Source: Podarcis tiliguerta (Eukaryota). Taken from it: 64,000 bases of DNA. The position numbers and the translations under genes were made by a program. The notes under the pieces are model-generated. The model had not been told where the DNA came from, searched no databases, and was given only the letters and a program-made list of their open reading frames with translations. This document shows, piece after piece, positions 34,801-47,245 of this stretch. The stretch lies in NCBI GenBank assembly GCA_965153285.1, contig OZ229115.1, one strand, 5' to 3'. Positions within the stretch are counted from its first letter, which is position 1. Each line of letters begins with the position of its first letter.

Positions 34801-35869
34801 GAAAAAGCAAAAGAGAGGAGGAGGTGTGGAGGGGAGGGGGGGGGAACGTTGCAGTTTCCCTGTGGCTGCAATGTTTTTAATTTATTATTAACCATCTCTC
34901 ATGTGTTATCTGACAGGATGTGAGGGGAAAGCAGAGCCTGTGTTTCTCATTTTTCCAAGGGCAGATATTGTCGCTCTTCACCAAATCAAAGTCTAGATGT
35001 CATCTTAGGAGTTAACTTTGTAGCTGCTAATTTATAACAAATAGATTATTACAGAATTAGTTCCATAGGACTTGGAGGGTCGAATGGTTATAAAGCCAGG
35101 ATTACACAATGGAAACTTTAATAATAGCCTGGGAGCTTGGGGTTGAGTGCAAATCTGGGAGTTTGGGTGAACCAAGTGGAATGTTGCAAAATAGCCCATG
35201 GAATTACCCCTGTCTTCTGTTTAAATCTTCTCTCCCTGTAATACTCAGCTGTTCCAAAGCCAAATTCTAACTGATCTAACTACCATGTTTAGGATGAGGA
35301 AGGCTGTCATGAAGTATTTAACACCCCCCCCCTTACTCAGGGGTGCAATTTCAGTAGGTGGGCAAGTTAGAAGAAAGCTCAAAGTCTCTATGGACATAAT
35401 ACATAAGCAGTATGCCTTAAGACAAATGATTGATATTATTCTCTAAAGTGGTTTTATCAACATAGGACAAGAGTCACCCTTGTTTTGCCCAAGGGGGATT
35501 TCTGCTTATTGCAGGCATTTGTAGGCTGCATTTAACTGTTTAGAAGAATCAACACTGAAGTCTGAACCTCCAGTCCATGGTATTCTTAGGAGATAATTCA
35601 TAAAAGCAAGGAGACATTTCCTTCTCAATAGGTATTTTCATGATAGCAGCATGAAAGGTGTTTGGCATTTTTTAATTCTTAGAATGGCCACTTTCATGTC
35701 CAGAATGTTGGTTTATGTTACATTATCGTCTAAATATACTGCTCTTGGGTAAAAAGGTTTTCAAAGCAGTGAACAGCATATCAGTACAACAAAAGATGCA
35801 CTGTGAGTACAATAATCAATCATCAAAACAACATAAGAAAGCAAAATCACAAAAATTCCTCATAGTAAG

Positions 35870-36224
35870 GGGACCCGGGTGACGCTGTGGATTAAACCAC
35901 AGAGCCTAGGATTTGCCGATCAGAAGGTCAGAGGTTCGAATCCCCGCGGCGGGGTGAGCTCCTGTTGCTCGGTCCCTGCTCCTGCCAACCTAGCAGTTCG
36001 AAAGCACGTCAAAGTGCAAGTAGATAAATAGGTACTGCTCCAGTGGGAAGGTAAACGGTGTTTCCGTGCGCAGCTCTGGTTTGCTAGAAGCGGCTTAGTC
36101 ATGCTGGCCACATGACCCAGAAGCTGTACACCAGCTCCCTCGGCCAATAAAACGAGATGAGCACCGCAACCCCAGAGTCATCCATGACTGGACCTAATGG
36201 TCAGGGGTCCCTTTACCTTTACCT
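35870..36224 (+). mobile_element. Sauria SINE, full length
   Basis: gggacccgggtgacgctgtgg head, same body as the 24009 copy, (ACCTTT)n tail. Confidence 0.95.
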
Positions 36225-36516
36225 AACTCATTGATACAGTGAGTTAGCCAAAATTTTATGGTGATCAACTAACACAGGGCTGTCTGGGTCAACCCACTCA
36301 ATGTCTTTCTTCCTTTGGCCCTGCAGGTCTGTTTGCCCCTTCTTGGGCGGGCGGTTTTGTTGGCAGGCCTCAGGCCTCCTCTGTGAACCGGCCTTATGAA
36401 GGCTGAATTGTCCTCCTGCTGCCAAATGGTGGCAGGAATCAGAGGATGCTCTCCTGGGCACATTGCCAACTGACCAATAGTGGTGCTTGGCCCCATGCCC
36501 TGGGCAAGGATAAATT

Positions 36517-36723
36517 CCAGGCAGAGGGCCTTCTCAGTAGTGATGCCTGCCCTGTGGAATGCCCTCCCATCAGATGTCAAGAAAATAAACAACTATCTGA
36601 CTTTTAGAAGACATCCAAAGGCAGCCTGAAGTTTTTAATGTTGGTCTTTTATTGTGTTTTTAATATTCTGCTGGAAGCCACCCAGAGTGGCTGGGGAAAC
36701 CCAGCCGGATGGGCGGGGTATAA

Positions 36724-36765
<42 letters not shown>
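36517..36765 (+). mobile_element. L2 LINE 3' end with (TAT)n tail
   Basis: Same family as 6501-6788. Confidence 0.85.
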
Positions 36766-36766
<1 letters not shown>

Positions 36767-38329
36767 CCGGCCTGCAGGGCCTTTTGGCTGCCCCCCTACT
36801 TACTACATCAGGCTCAGCAAGCAAAGTGCCATCTGCAATGTACCGTTCATGGAACTTGACTTAAAGCATTTAACTTAGCAGGCTTACTTCTGACTAAAGC
36901 TGCTTCTCCCATCAACCCCAAGCAGTTTGGGCAATAGTCAGCAATGTTGGAAGCTGCAGTGTGGAACATCTAGGACACAAGGTTGGACTATGCCTATCTT
37001 GAGGAAGTGGCTGGGTTATATATGATCCATTAGACTTCTAAAAACTATTGTACTTGTTGGTTTCCTAATAGTAATTTGCTCCTCAAATCTGGCCATTACT
37101 GTACTGGGCTCCACCTTCTCTCCTTTTGCAAATGGGAAATGGTTCTAAATCTCCAGGGCTTCCATCACATGCAACATGATGGATTTACTTTATCAAGCTT
37201 TTCTTCAGTCCCTATGGCTTCCAGATAAAGTTCAAATTTTTGCCTGAATTTTCTTTAGTTTCCTGCAATATTGTGAGACATCTGTAGGCCAAATGGGGGT
37301 TGCAGAAGCTGTGCTGAAATCTTTCCTACAGTTTCTTGGCAGTTTTCTTCTTCTGTTAAATAAGTTTCATGTTTTCTACTTTATTCTCAGGGCACCTGAC
37401 TTGTTTTATCATTTCATTCAGTGCACTCTATTGTTTTGAAGTGGCTGCAGGTGATGCATGCAATTTTCTTTGCAGTATGCATTTATTTAGCCCTCTGCAG
37501 CCTCCCTGGCTGCCCACACGTCCTGATCTGAAAAAGTCTTACAGGAGGAGTTACCTCATGATAACTTCCCTTGGGTTTCAACTGAAGCACAGGCATGTGG
37601 GGAGGCTGGAGAGTGCGGACTGCTGGTGAGATAATTTGCAGAATGAAAATATGGCATTCAATCACAAAAACCCCTGTGCCACCTCAAAAATAAGTTCAGT
37701 GCATAAACAAACAAACAACCCTGTGCCATACCCATGAGAATTTCACTGACACTTTCTCTTCCCTTTGATAAATTTGAAATGCAATTTCTTTTTTCAGTCA
37801 TTGTTGGAGAATATTTTTTTTTAAAGAAACCTTCAAAAAGTACAGGGTGATTTCAGCGCAGCACTACAACCATCACCTTTCTCCTAGATGGCAATAAGGT
37901 TTCAAGCTCTTGAGTTGGGATTTCTCTTGCATAGTTCATGTGCAGTCTGTCACTTTTGTACGTGCCAAGCTTGTCCCAGAAAGCTCCAAACCCCACCTAC
38001 CATAATCTCACCCGCACATTGAGACTACAAAGCTGTGCCTGTCTAGCTATGTGTGTGGACCAGTAGGATTTCAAAGAAAGCTGCTTTGGAGATCCTGGCT
38101 TTCAGCATTCTACCCAGCAACCTAAATTTGGCTTCCAGGACCCTGTAACTACTTTCCCCCATGTCATTGGTGTCAACCACTGACTCCTCCCTGACGCTAT
38201 CTACACTTTTTATTTTTCTAATCTCACAGCTAAAAATAAATCACTTGTAAATTGTTTTATAAATTATGTATAATAATCTAAGAAGTGCTAACAATGTACA
38301 ATGCTTCTTTCCCCTTAAATATGGAGAGG

Positions 38330-38330
<1 letters not shown>

Positions 38331-38372
<42 letters not shown>

Positions 38373-38387
38373 GTGTGTGTGTGTGTG
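38331..38387. repeat. (CT)n(GT)n compound microsatellite
   Basis: Seen directly. Confidence 0.95.
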
Positions 38388-39200
38388 CATTCATACCATG
38401 GTCACAGAGAGAAAGTTATCACCTTTGCTGAGTTTGGGACTCATTGTATTATAAAGTCCCACAAATGGAGTTCATGATAGTGGTGTCAGACTCCTGGTAC
38501 AACAACTAGGAACAAAGTGATTATTGGTGTCACTTGTTTAGCTAAACAAAAGCTAGATTGCCACCTCTCATTGGTGAGCATAAATGACAGATAAGGTGAC
38601 AAGCTGTGCTGGAGAGAAGTCTTGCTCCCTCCCCATCAAAAGAGGCATCCCCTGCCTGGTGGGGATTTCATTTGTTATTCATTATAATAGCATGGATCCT
38701 AATGAATTCATTTGGTATTCATGCGGGTGTCACATGGATTTCCAGAGATGTTCCACTGTAATTTAGCGTGGGTTAATGGACACCTCTATTAAAGTGTTAT
38801 TGAAAGTTTGACATTCAAATAACCCAGTCTAAAATCAGACAAACTTAAATATTAAGGCTGAAGGGGAAAGCGAGGGAGAGGGAGTAAAAAAGGGGGGGCA
38901 GAGTACATTTGCAAAAGTCAAGTATGACAATCCAATTTAAGGCACTGATTTTATTCTGGCTGAAGGGACAGCAGTTTTATTGCACATACTGTTAGTATGC
39001 TTCATTCTATTCCTTGTACAAACTCCAGAACTACTTCCCTGTGGTAATGACACATGTGTATCAACAATCTATTGCTGCTGAACTAGCCTTTTGCACAGAA
39101 GATCTCCATCAGAGTCTCTATTCTCTGTGTCCCACCTGCATTAGGCTCCATCTGCACTGGACATTTAAAACAATATCATGCCACTTTAAAAAGTTGTGGC

Positions 39201-39694
39201 TTCAGGTAAGATAGAAGAAAGTATTTCTTCATGCAGCACATAGTTACAGTGGCGTAACGTGGGTTGTCAGCACCCGGGGCAAGGCAAGTAATTTGCGCCC
39301 CCTAACCCATGGATTTGCGCCCCCTAATCCTAACCCCCAGATGTTGCGCCCGGTGCAGCCGGCCCCCACTGCACCCCCCACGCTACGCCACTGCATAGTT
39401 ATACTATGGAACTCACTCCCACAGGACCCAGTGGGGCCCACCAATTTGGATGACTTTGAAAGAGGACTAGACAAATTCACAGAAGAGAAAGTGATCAGTG
39501 CTAGTAGCAATGATGCCTATGGTCTGCCACTACAGTAGGAGGCATCAGTGCCTCTGAATACCAGTTACTGGAAATGACAGGAAGACGAAGTGTTTGAATT
39601 CTGCTTGTAGGTCCCATCTGGTTGGCCACTGCGAGAACAGGATGCTGGAGTAGATGGGCCATTGGCCTGATCCAGCAGGCTCTTCTTATGTCCT
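39201..39694 (+). mobile_element. Old CR1 3' end interrupted by a hAT MITE
   Basis: RKYFFMQHIV|ILWNSLPQD..NLDDFERGLDKF, then a 3' UTR ending ggctcttcttatgtcct. Confidence 0.8.
39247..39393. mobile_element. 147-bp hAT MITE
   Basis: TIR cagtggcgtaacgtggg/cccacgctacgccactg; perfect 8-bp TSD catagtta at 39239-39246 and 39394-39401; internal repeats tttgcgccccctaa. Confidence 0.95.
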
Positions 39695-40491
39695 CATCAC
39701 CATATTCATCATCAGCATTTCAGTGCAAAGTTATCCTAATAAACAGATTTTTATCATGCACTTTTGTATTTTATTAGTTGAGATGTCTGCATTGCAGGGG
39801 GTTTCCCTAGATAACCCCTGGAGTTTCTTCCAGCTCTACAATTCTACAATTTTGTGGTGTTTCCTAACATATGCATTTTTATCCATACTTCATCCTCGTG
39901 TCTGAATTTTTGTACACATTACTTTGTTGGAGAATTACACTGCAAAAATCAGAGAAGTGCAAATTTTGAAGGATGGCTGCATTTTGTTTTCACATATTGC
40001 TTTGGGCAAGGCAAGTTAGGGATGCAGTGCCAGATTTACAAGAGTGCAGGCAGTTCCCCTGCACCGGTTGCCAAGCCAAATTGAGAAGATATACAGTATT
40101 ATTCAGGAGATCCATTTGGGGCACCAAATTTTGGCCTTGCACATGGAGCTATATTACAAAAGATTTTCAAAGTCCACCCCTGAGGTATGTTCACCTTTAA
40201 ATATGAACTGAACCAAATGTCTCTCCCATGGCTATGATTAAGCTGGCAGGGACACTAGTGAGGGTCTTCGCTGTAAAGACTTCCAAGGGAGGCTCTTTAA
40301 GACTCTATTTCAGATGGCATTTCCTGCTGCTGGACTATTTCATTTGCAGTGATACCTCAGTTTACAAACTTAGTCCGTTCTTAAACCAAAACTGTTCTTA
40401 AACCGAGGAGTGCTTTCCCTAATGAGGCCTCCGGCTGCTGGTGCCCTTCCACTGTTCAGATTCTGTTCTTAGACCAATGTAAAGTTCTCAA

Positions 40492-40835
40492 CACGGGTGG
40501 TGCTGTGGGTCAAACCACAGAGCCTAGGACTTGCCGATCAGAAGGTCGGCGGTTCGAATCCCCGCAACAGGGTCAGCTCCCGTTGCTCAGTCCCTGCTCC
40601 TGCCAACCTAGCAGTTTGAAAGCACATCAAAATGCAAGTAGATAGATAGGTACCGCTCCGACGGGAAGGTAAATGGCATTTATGTGTGCTGCTCTGGTTC
40701 ACCAGAAGCTGCTTAGTCATGCTGGCCACATGACCTGTACCCCGGCTCCCTTGGCCAATAAAGCGAGATGAGCGCCGCAACCCCAGAGTCGGTCACGACT
40801 GGACCTAATGGTCAGGGGTCCCTTTACCTTTTACC
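40492..40835 (+). mobile_element. Sauria SINE (left monomer)
   Basis: Near full-length; same body as the 24009 copy. Confidence 0.95.
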
Positions 40836-41038
40836 AGCAGGAAGGTGCACAGTGTTTCTGTGTGCTGCTCTGGTTTCGGTGTTCAGAAGTGGCTTAGTCA
40901 TGCTGGCCACATGACCCGGAAAAACTGTCTGTGGACAAACACCGGCTCCCTCGGCCTGTAAAGTGAGATGAGCACCACAACCCCAGAGTCGTCTGTGACT
41001 GGACTTAACTGTCAGGGGTCCTTTACCTTTACCTTTTT
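40836..41038 (+). mobile_element. Sauria SINE 3' half (right monomer, different subfamily)
   Basis: Diagnostic differences: ggtttcggtgttcagaag, aaaactgtctgtggacaaacacc, ggacttaactgtcagggg. Confidence 0.9.
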
Positions 41039-42261
41039 TAAAGTTCTCAAACCAAGACACTATTTCCGGTTTTGCAGAGTTTGTAAACCAAATCATTCTT
41101 AAACCGAGGTGCCACTGTATTTGTTCTTCAACCCACTACCTGTTGCTTTTAGTCAGCTGCTATTATCTATCATCTATCTATCTCCTGAAATTTTAAAAGT
41201 GCATTTTTTTTGTTACAATTATGTTTTATCATGTGTTTTCATTGCAGCTGAATATTATTGTTAGCTGCCTTATCCTATTCACACTTTACATTTATAGATA
41301 TATACCTAATACATTTTAAGTGTTCCCCACCTTGTATGTGCATTCAGCACAACTTGTGAGAAGCCATTGTTCATATAAACAGTGTGCACAGTCAGGGGTC
41401 CTTAAATAGGAAAGTTCCCTGGTGCACAGACTGTACATCTGTATAGGTTCGTTCACATGTTGGCTGGGAATATATAGGGGATGTGTAGGGTTATGTGTAG
41501 GGGATGAGGTCAGCATGCATTATTCCACTTCCCTCACTACTTGCATTGACTGTACACACATGTAAGGAATGTACAACCCTGCAATCTCTGTGGGAAAGCT
41601 GCACTTTCATTTGCCATGGAAGAAATGACAGCCCATAGAAGAAATGGATTTTATTCTGCACTTTTGGGACACAGCTAAGCTTCTTTCCCATGCTGCTGTG
41701 GTATGGCTGTTTCCACAGTTAAGTAAGATTTTCAATGGAAGAAAACAGCCAGAGACAAAGAATTACCACAAAAACCTTTTAAAATTAAGAAAATATATAT
41801 CATGCAGAAGTAACGTGATGGTGTGGTTTGCTACTGAGGATTATTAGCCACTTCTATGTCAGGACCTTTGGTGTCTTGGTGAGTAATGCAGTTCTCCAAT
41901 AGTCACAGCTATAAAAGCTTAATACTACCTCATCATGGATTCCGTGTGTAAGTACCCACAAATAAAAGCCTAGGCTACATAAAACACAACATGTCCTATT
42001 AATGTTGTAAAAAAAGGCAAAAACACCAACAACCTCCAAATCACTGATGCTTAATGTAAGCAGCAACATTTGGTTGCGATAGCTGAAGGTACCCTCCCTC
42101 AACAGCCTACACCATAGAGGTGATTTCAATGGTGCAGATATTTCTGGCTGGCTTTTCTGTGACTGGTCTCTTCTAGGAAGAAAGGTTGAGAAGAGATACA
42201 CAGAGCTCCATTTGTCCAGAACACAGCTGGAACACAACTCACTGGGACAGTTTTAAGGGAT

Positions 42262-42347
42262 GTGTCAGACCAGCATTTAAAACAGCTACACTGGTTTCAG
42301 TTCCATTTCCAGGCACAATTCAAAGATTTTGTTCTCACCCTTAAAGC
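42262..42347 (+). mobile_element. Old L2 ORF2 fragment
   Basis: LKQLHWFQFHFQAQFKDFVLTLKA, similar to L2 LHWLPV.FRAQFKVLVLTFKA. Confidence 0.65.
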
Positions 42348-42567
42348 AATGGTCAGGAACCTGTGGCCTAATGAGTCTCTCCTGGCCTCAGAGGGTTGGC
42401 CCACCAGACCATTTTGGGCTAACCAGGCACCTCTCCTGAGTCTAATGACATAAGTTGTTGGGTGTGAGAAATTCAAGGAAGATTCTTGCTTTACAGACAT
42501 GGCTTGAATTCACTCTTAGTGGTCTCCTGATTCTTTTTTCTTTTTCAGCACTTTTTGAATTTGGCAC

Positions 42568-43059
42568 TGTGGCGTTTGCCCTCCTAGGTGTGTGGCATCA
42601 TACTGGGTTCATAAGAAAAGGGTTAACTAATTTATAAAATGACTAACCAATGGGAACCCAAGGTAGAGTTAGAGTTAGGGTGGTTGAGAAGTCAGTCTGG
42701 AGTTAGAGAAGAGACAGAGAGGATAAGTCTGTGGGTTGGGCTAGTCTGATGTGAGAGAGTGAGAGAATCTGTTAAGAGGAGTCAGTCAAACAGTTGAGAT
42801 AATCAGTCAGAAGGTATTAGGAAGGTATAGGCCGGTAAAGAAACTAAAGTTAAGAAACAGACAGGAATATTATCTGAGAAACCATAAACTTGTTAATGCT
42901 TATAAAATAAACTTGTTTATTTTGTTCAATTTTAACAACTGTCTGGACTCAGTGTTTTACCTGAGAGTAACAGGTTGGTGGCAGCCGAGAAGTGAGCACA
43001 GTGGTGGCACAGGGATCAATAGACCGTTAAACGTCTGGGGACCCTGTGTGATCGCCACA
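42568..43059 (+). mobile_element. Solo LTR (492 bp)
   Basis: tgtggcg...cgccaca termini, perfect 5-bp TSD ggcac at 42563-42567 and 43060-43064, AATAAA near 42906. Confidence 0.92.
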
Positions 43060-43272
43060 GGCACCTTCTTTTCTGTCTCCCAACTTGAGATGTGTGGTGC
43101 TGTGGGTTGAATTTGAATTCAATCTAGGGAATACAAAGGAAGAACCATTTTCTTCCTTTAAAAAGGGTGCCAGATTTTGAAAAGCCCTTCCCTTCAAAGG
43201 AAGAATTAGGAGCACACTTAAATTAAGGCCAGAGATAGAAAGGAAGAATAGTCGATTCAGTATTGAATTCAA

Positions 43273-43446
43273 GCCAATGCGACATAGTAGTTAGAGTACT
43301 GAACTAGCACCTGGGAGGCCCAGATTCAGATTCCACTTAACCATCAAAGTCACCAACCCTCAGGCTAAACTAGCAGGCAGGGCTGCTGTGATGGTAAAAT
43401 ACAGAGGAGGAGAACCATTTATGCTACATTAAGCTCCTTGGAGGAA
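43273..43446 (+). mobile_element. Old tRNA SINE
   Basis: catagtagttagagtactgaactag..ggaggaggagaacc..gctccttggaggaa; related to 3448-3670. Confidence 0.6.
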
Positions 43447-44560
43447 TGGTGGGCCTATGGCTCTATAGCAGCAAACCAGCCCCACCCACCTGTCAAAGTG
43501 GGCAATTGAGGTTGGGCCAGATCCAATTCTCCACCCATGCTTCAGAGTTGCATATGGCTTGGAAGCTGGGCACCTCCTGGTCCACTTCCTCCTGTATATA
43601 TACCTGTTTGTGCATCTACACCAGAGGTATTTCTCCAGGTGCCTCCATTGTCAGAGATTAGGCCAAACTTCCCCAGTCAAATGCCTCCCCTTTGTTGTTA
43701 GCTGCATTTGACTTGTATTGCAAATGTTCTTCCAAACTACCTTCAGGCTCTGTCTGCAAGGCAATATAAAAATGTTTTGAGAAATAAAATGATATATACA
43801 CACAGAGGCTTAGATTCAGTTAAATGGTTGTGCTAATGGAGCCAGCACAAAGAGTCCCATTCTCACTACACGCCTTTCCCCTCTTATCCTCCCATGGTGT
43901 ACCCCCACAAATCATCTCTGAATAATCTCAACACTGCAGCGTTCAATTCCAGAGTGCAGTGTGATAGTCAATCGGAATGACTCACACATGGACCAAGTCA
44001 GATAACTGTCTGACCAGTTATGCCCCATGATTCCTAGTATGTCATCCAGCTCCCATTATCTCATCCAGTATATTCCCTCCCTTACCCTCTTTTGTCTTTC
44101 ATCAGGAAGCCCGAGGACCAGCCTGCAGCTATTCTAAAGGGACAAATTTCTAAGCACATAACATAAAAAGGTTCCACACAGACATCATGAAAATTGCCAG
44201 ACACAAATACCTAACCACATTTCAGATTATGTCAGGCACAGAATATTCAGCTCTTCAGTCTGCAGTGAGAGCCAGTTTCAGAACAAATTTGGCAGGAAGA
44301 CTCATCCAGAAACTTGGGAATCATTTAGGCTATGCTCACAGCACTCTAATATATAAAATACACTGCAATCCTACGTCTGCTTATCTTGGAGTAAGCCCTC
44401 AGAACATAGTGAGACTTAACTTTTACTGATTAACATTTTTATACATTTCATTACAGAATACACAATGCATATGGATCATACAAATGGCACCTACTTTTGA
44501 GTAAATATTGCACTATTACAAGTAAGTATTGCACTATTACAAGACCTGCTTTTTGACCTT

Positions 44561-44722
44561 GGCTGGATCTAGACACATCAAAAAAAGCATTTCAGGAAAA
44601 CGCGTTGTAAACTTTATTATGGGAAATCACGCTGGTGAAAGACAGGACTCCACTGCGCCATCTGGTGTCACGGTATTATAAGGCATATAAAATGCTTTTT
44701 CTTTACTAATGTAGCTGAGTCC
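44561..44722. mobile_element. Probable Harbinger-like MITE
   Basis: Loose inverted ends ggctggatctagac/gtagctgagtcc and inner arms aaaaagcattt/aaatgcttttt. Confidence 0.5.
44651..44670 (-). promoter_or_regulatory. Candidate CTCF-binding motif
   Basis: Reverse complement TGACACCAGATGGCGCAGTG closely matches the CTCF core CCACCAGRKGGCGC. Confidence 0.5.
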
Positions 44723-47110
44723 CTTGACTACTGAGACCCTTTGAATATGAGGAGATGGTGGCTCCAATCCAACACTGTGTTATGAATGGGGATGCTCATG
44801 CAGAAACCCTTGTCAGATAAACAAAAATTGTACAAATCACCTGTTGGGTAGAAACTGGCTCTACCCTCCTTCTTTCCACTTTTGAATAGTTTATCAGTGG
44901 AATTACTGATTTTCTAGGAAGGGTCTGCACACCTATCCCAGATTGTGGGAGAAATGTTGCAGGCAGGACTCATTTTCACGTTTAGTTCCTCAACAAGCTA
45001 GGCTCATGCAGGCAGCTAAGTACATAGAGCATAATGCTATCAGTAGTTAGCTACTAGGCATGAAGTTTGTACTATCTCCAGGATCATAGACAATTTAGCT
45101 CTCTGAATACCCTTGCTGGGAAATGCAAGTGGGGAAAGTGTTGCTCTCAGGTTCTGCTTGCTGGCTTCCCATAGGCATCTGGTTGGCCACTTGTGGCTGC
45201 GTTCAGATGGCACTTTATTTGATTTTCCCGAAGTTACCTTATCTGTTATTTTTTGCACTTTATGTGATCTTTCACATAATGTAAAAGCCACTTCCAGAAA
45301 TCTATTGGAACCTAGAAGAACTTGAGCATTCATTTCCTTCTTCTTTCCTGTGGGGGAAAGGTTTGCAACTTGAAATATCTGTTAATTTTGAAAATAACAA
45401 GAGTTTTGCACTGTAGCTTTCCCCCGGTTCCCATGACCACGATAATGCTGCTCATGTCATGAAATTTAGGGTAGTATCCTGGCACACAGTTCTTTTCCAT
45501 TTAAAATTTACTGCAAGGCACAGTTCCATAATGCAAAGCTACTGCAATGCAAAAAGAACGTTACAAATTAGGACAGAAGCGCTAGCTTTTTAAGCAGTAA
45601 AACAAATGCAAGAAACCCCTATGTCTTAATGCAGCCTGTGAGAACAGGATGTTGCATTTGATGGACTTTGGGTCTTTTCCTCAAGGCCTCTTTGTATGTT
45701 CTTATGCAGACAGCTAAGTATTTGCAGACAGAAGCCTGCTTCTGCATGCATATGGTCCCTAGCTGGGCTGGAGTGAGGTTTTCGTTTTTGTTTTTTAGTG
45801 AATTCCATGGCCACAATTTCCTATATATTTCAGTCTCTCTGTTCTCTGGTTTTCTTTCTGTAGCTATCCTTCAAGTTGGACAGGCCAAGGAAAGCACCGC
45901 CTTGTTCTCGACAGGAGACACTGGTTTTCATTATTATTATTATTCCCCGGGGCAGCTCATGTTCACGGGGTATTAAGACTGGTTTCTAGATCAAAATGTG
46001 TTTATTAAATGAAGAGTTTTTAAAAAGAGGGAATTTAGCTGAAGCAGGACTCTGAACCTCCTTGGGGTAGCAAAAATGCTCGGCTTTGCTTTGTGGGTTT
46101 CGCACGCTGAAGACACTCGCAACAATCTGTCAGGCACTGAAAAGCAATGAACAGCAAAATGCAATGCTTCATTCAACATGCTATGGATAGAATATGCACA
46201 GATGGTATCCCAGGGCCATATTTTCCAGGAGCCCCAGAGTAATACTTTCCTCAGAGAAATAATGAAAGTCCAAGGGCTGGATTCTGAAAAGCACCTTTGG
46301 AAGAGGGTTAGCAGAAGGTAACATGCCCACCCTGTCCTCTCACAGTGACCCCTCACCTCTTAATGCTTTGGACTATGGCATGGATATCTGAGGAAGAAGA
46401 AGGAAATCTCTGAAAAGAGGGGAAGGTGTTTTCAGTGAGTGGGAGTTCCACTCATGGAAGGTGCTTCCTCAAAAATTTCAGTCTCCCCATAGCTTGCAGT
46501 TCTGATTCATGCCATTATTAACACTTAGCTAGGCCAAACCTGCCCTTTCATGTCAAGCATAAGCAATTACTGTATGTTCCATGGCTACAGTATTTTCTAG
46601 ACCAGAAGCCAAGTATTTTGTCTTGCAAATGGTGATGAGGCTCAGTAATAAATGCGCTAAACCATTGCAATAAGGGCTGCACCTGCACCTACTAGGGTTT
46701 GTCAAATGATAAGAGGCTTTCCTGCCTACAGGGTTCCTGCAAGTGAAAGACCTGAAGAGGTTGTAGTGCATTTTGAATTTTATTACAGAATGTTGCCTGT
46801 GAATTAGTTGTAGCAGTGCAGATTAGCACTTTAGGAAAAGACTCAATGGGTTGTATTCAACTTAGCACTAAGCCTGTGGCTCCAGCAGTGCAAGGATTTC
46901 TTTCTGCACGACAAAATGTTCTCCTGCTCTCATCCCCCTGTGCACTCCCTAAATCTGTTCTGTAGATTCCCCTAACCCTCCAGAGCAGATTTGGGGACAG
47001 CATTCGCATGTGTAGATGTGCAAAGTCCCTCAGGCTAGCAGAACCAACACCTCTCCTGATACCATAGTAACCTGCAGATGTTGCTGGGCTACAGCTTCAT
47101 CATCATCAGC

Positions 47111-47245
47111 CAGCATTTCCCAGACTTGGGTCTCCAGCTGTTTTGGAGTACAATTCCCATCATCCCTGACCACTAGTCCCGTTAGCTGGGGATGATGGGA
47201 GTTGTAGTCCAAAAACAGCTCGAGGCACAAGTTTAGGAAACCCTG
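47111..47245. mobile_element. hAT MITE nested in an older related MITE (~47060-47327)
   Basis: cagcatttcccagactt...aagtttaggaaaccctg; flanking halves cagatgttgctgggctacagc and ggtcagggatgatggg..caacatctgg. Confidence 0.75.

Larger units (their letters stand above)
40347..41117 (+). mobile_element. Tigger-like MITE split by a Sauria SINE dimer
   Basis: cagtgatacctcagttta...taaaccgaggtgccactg|TA. Confidence 0.8.
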
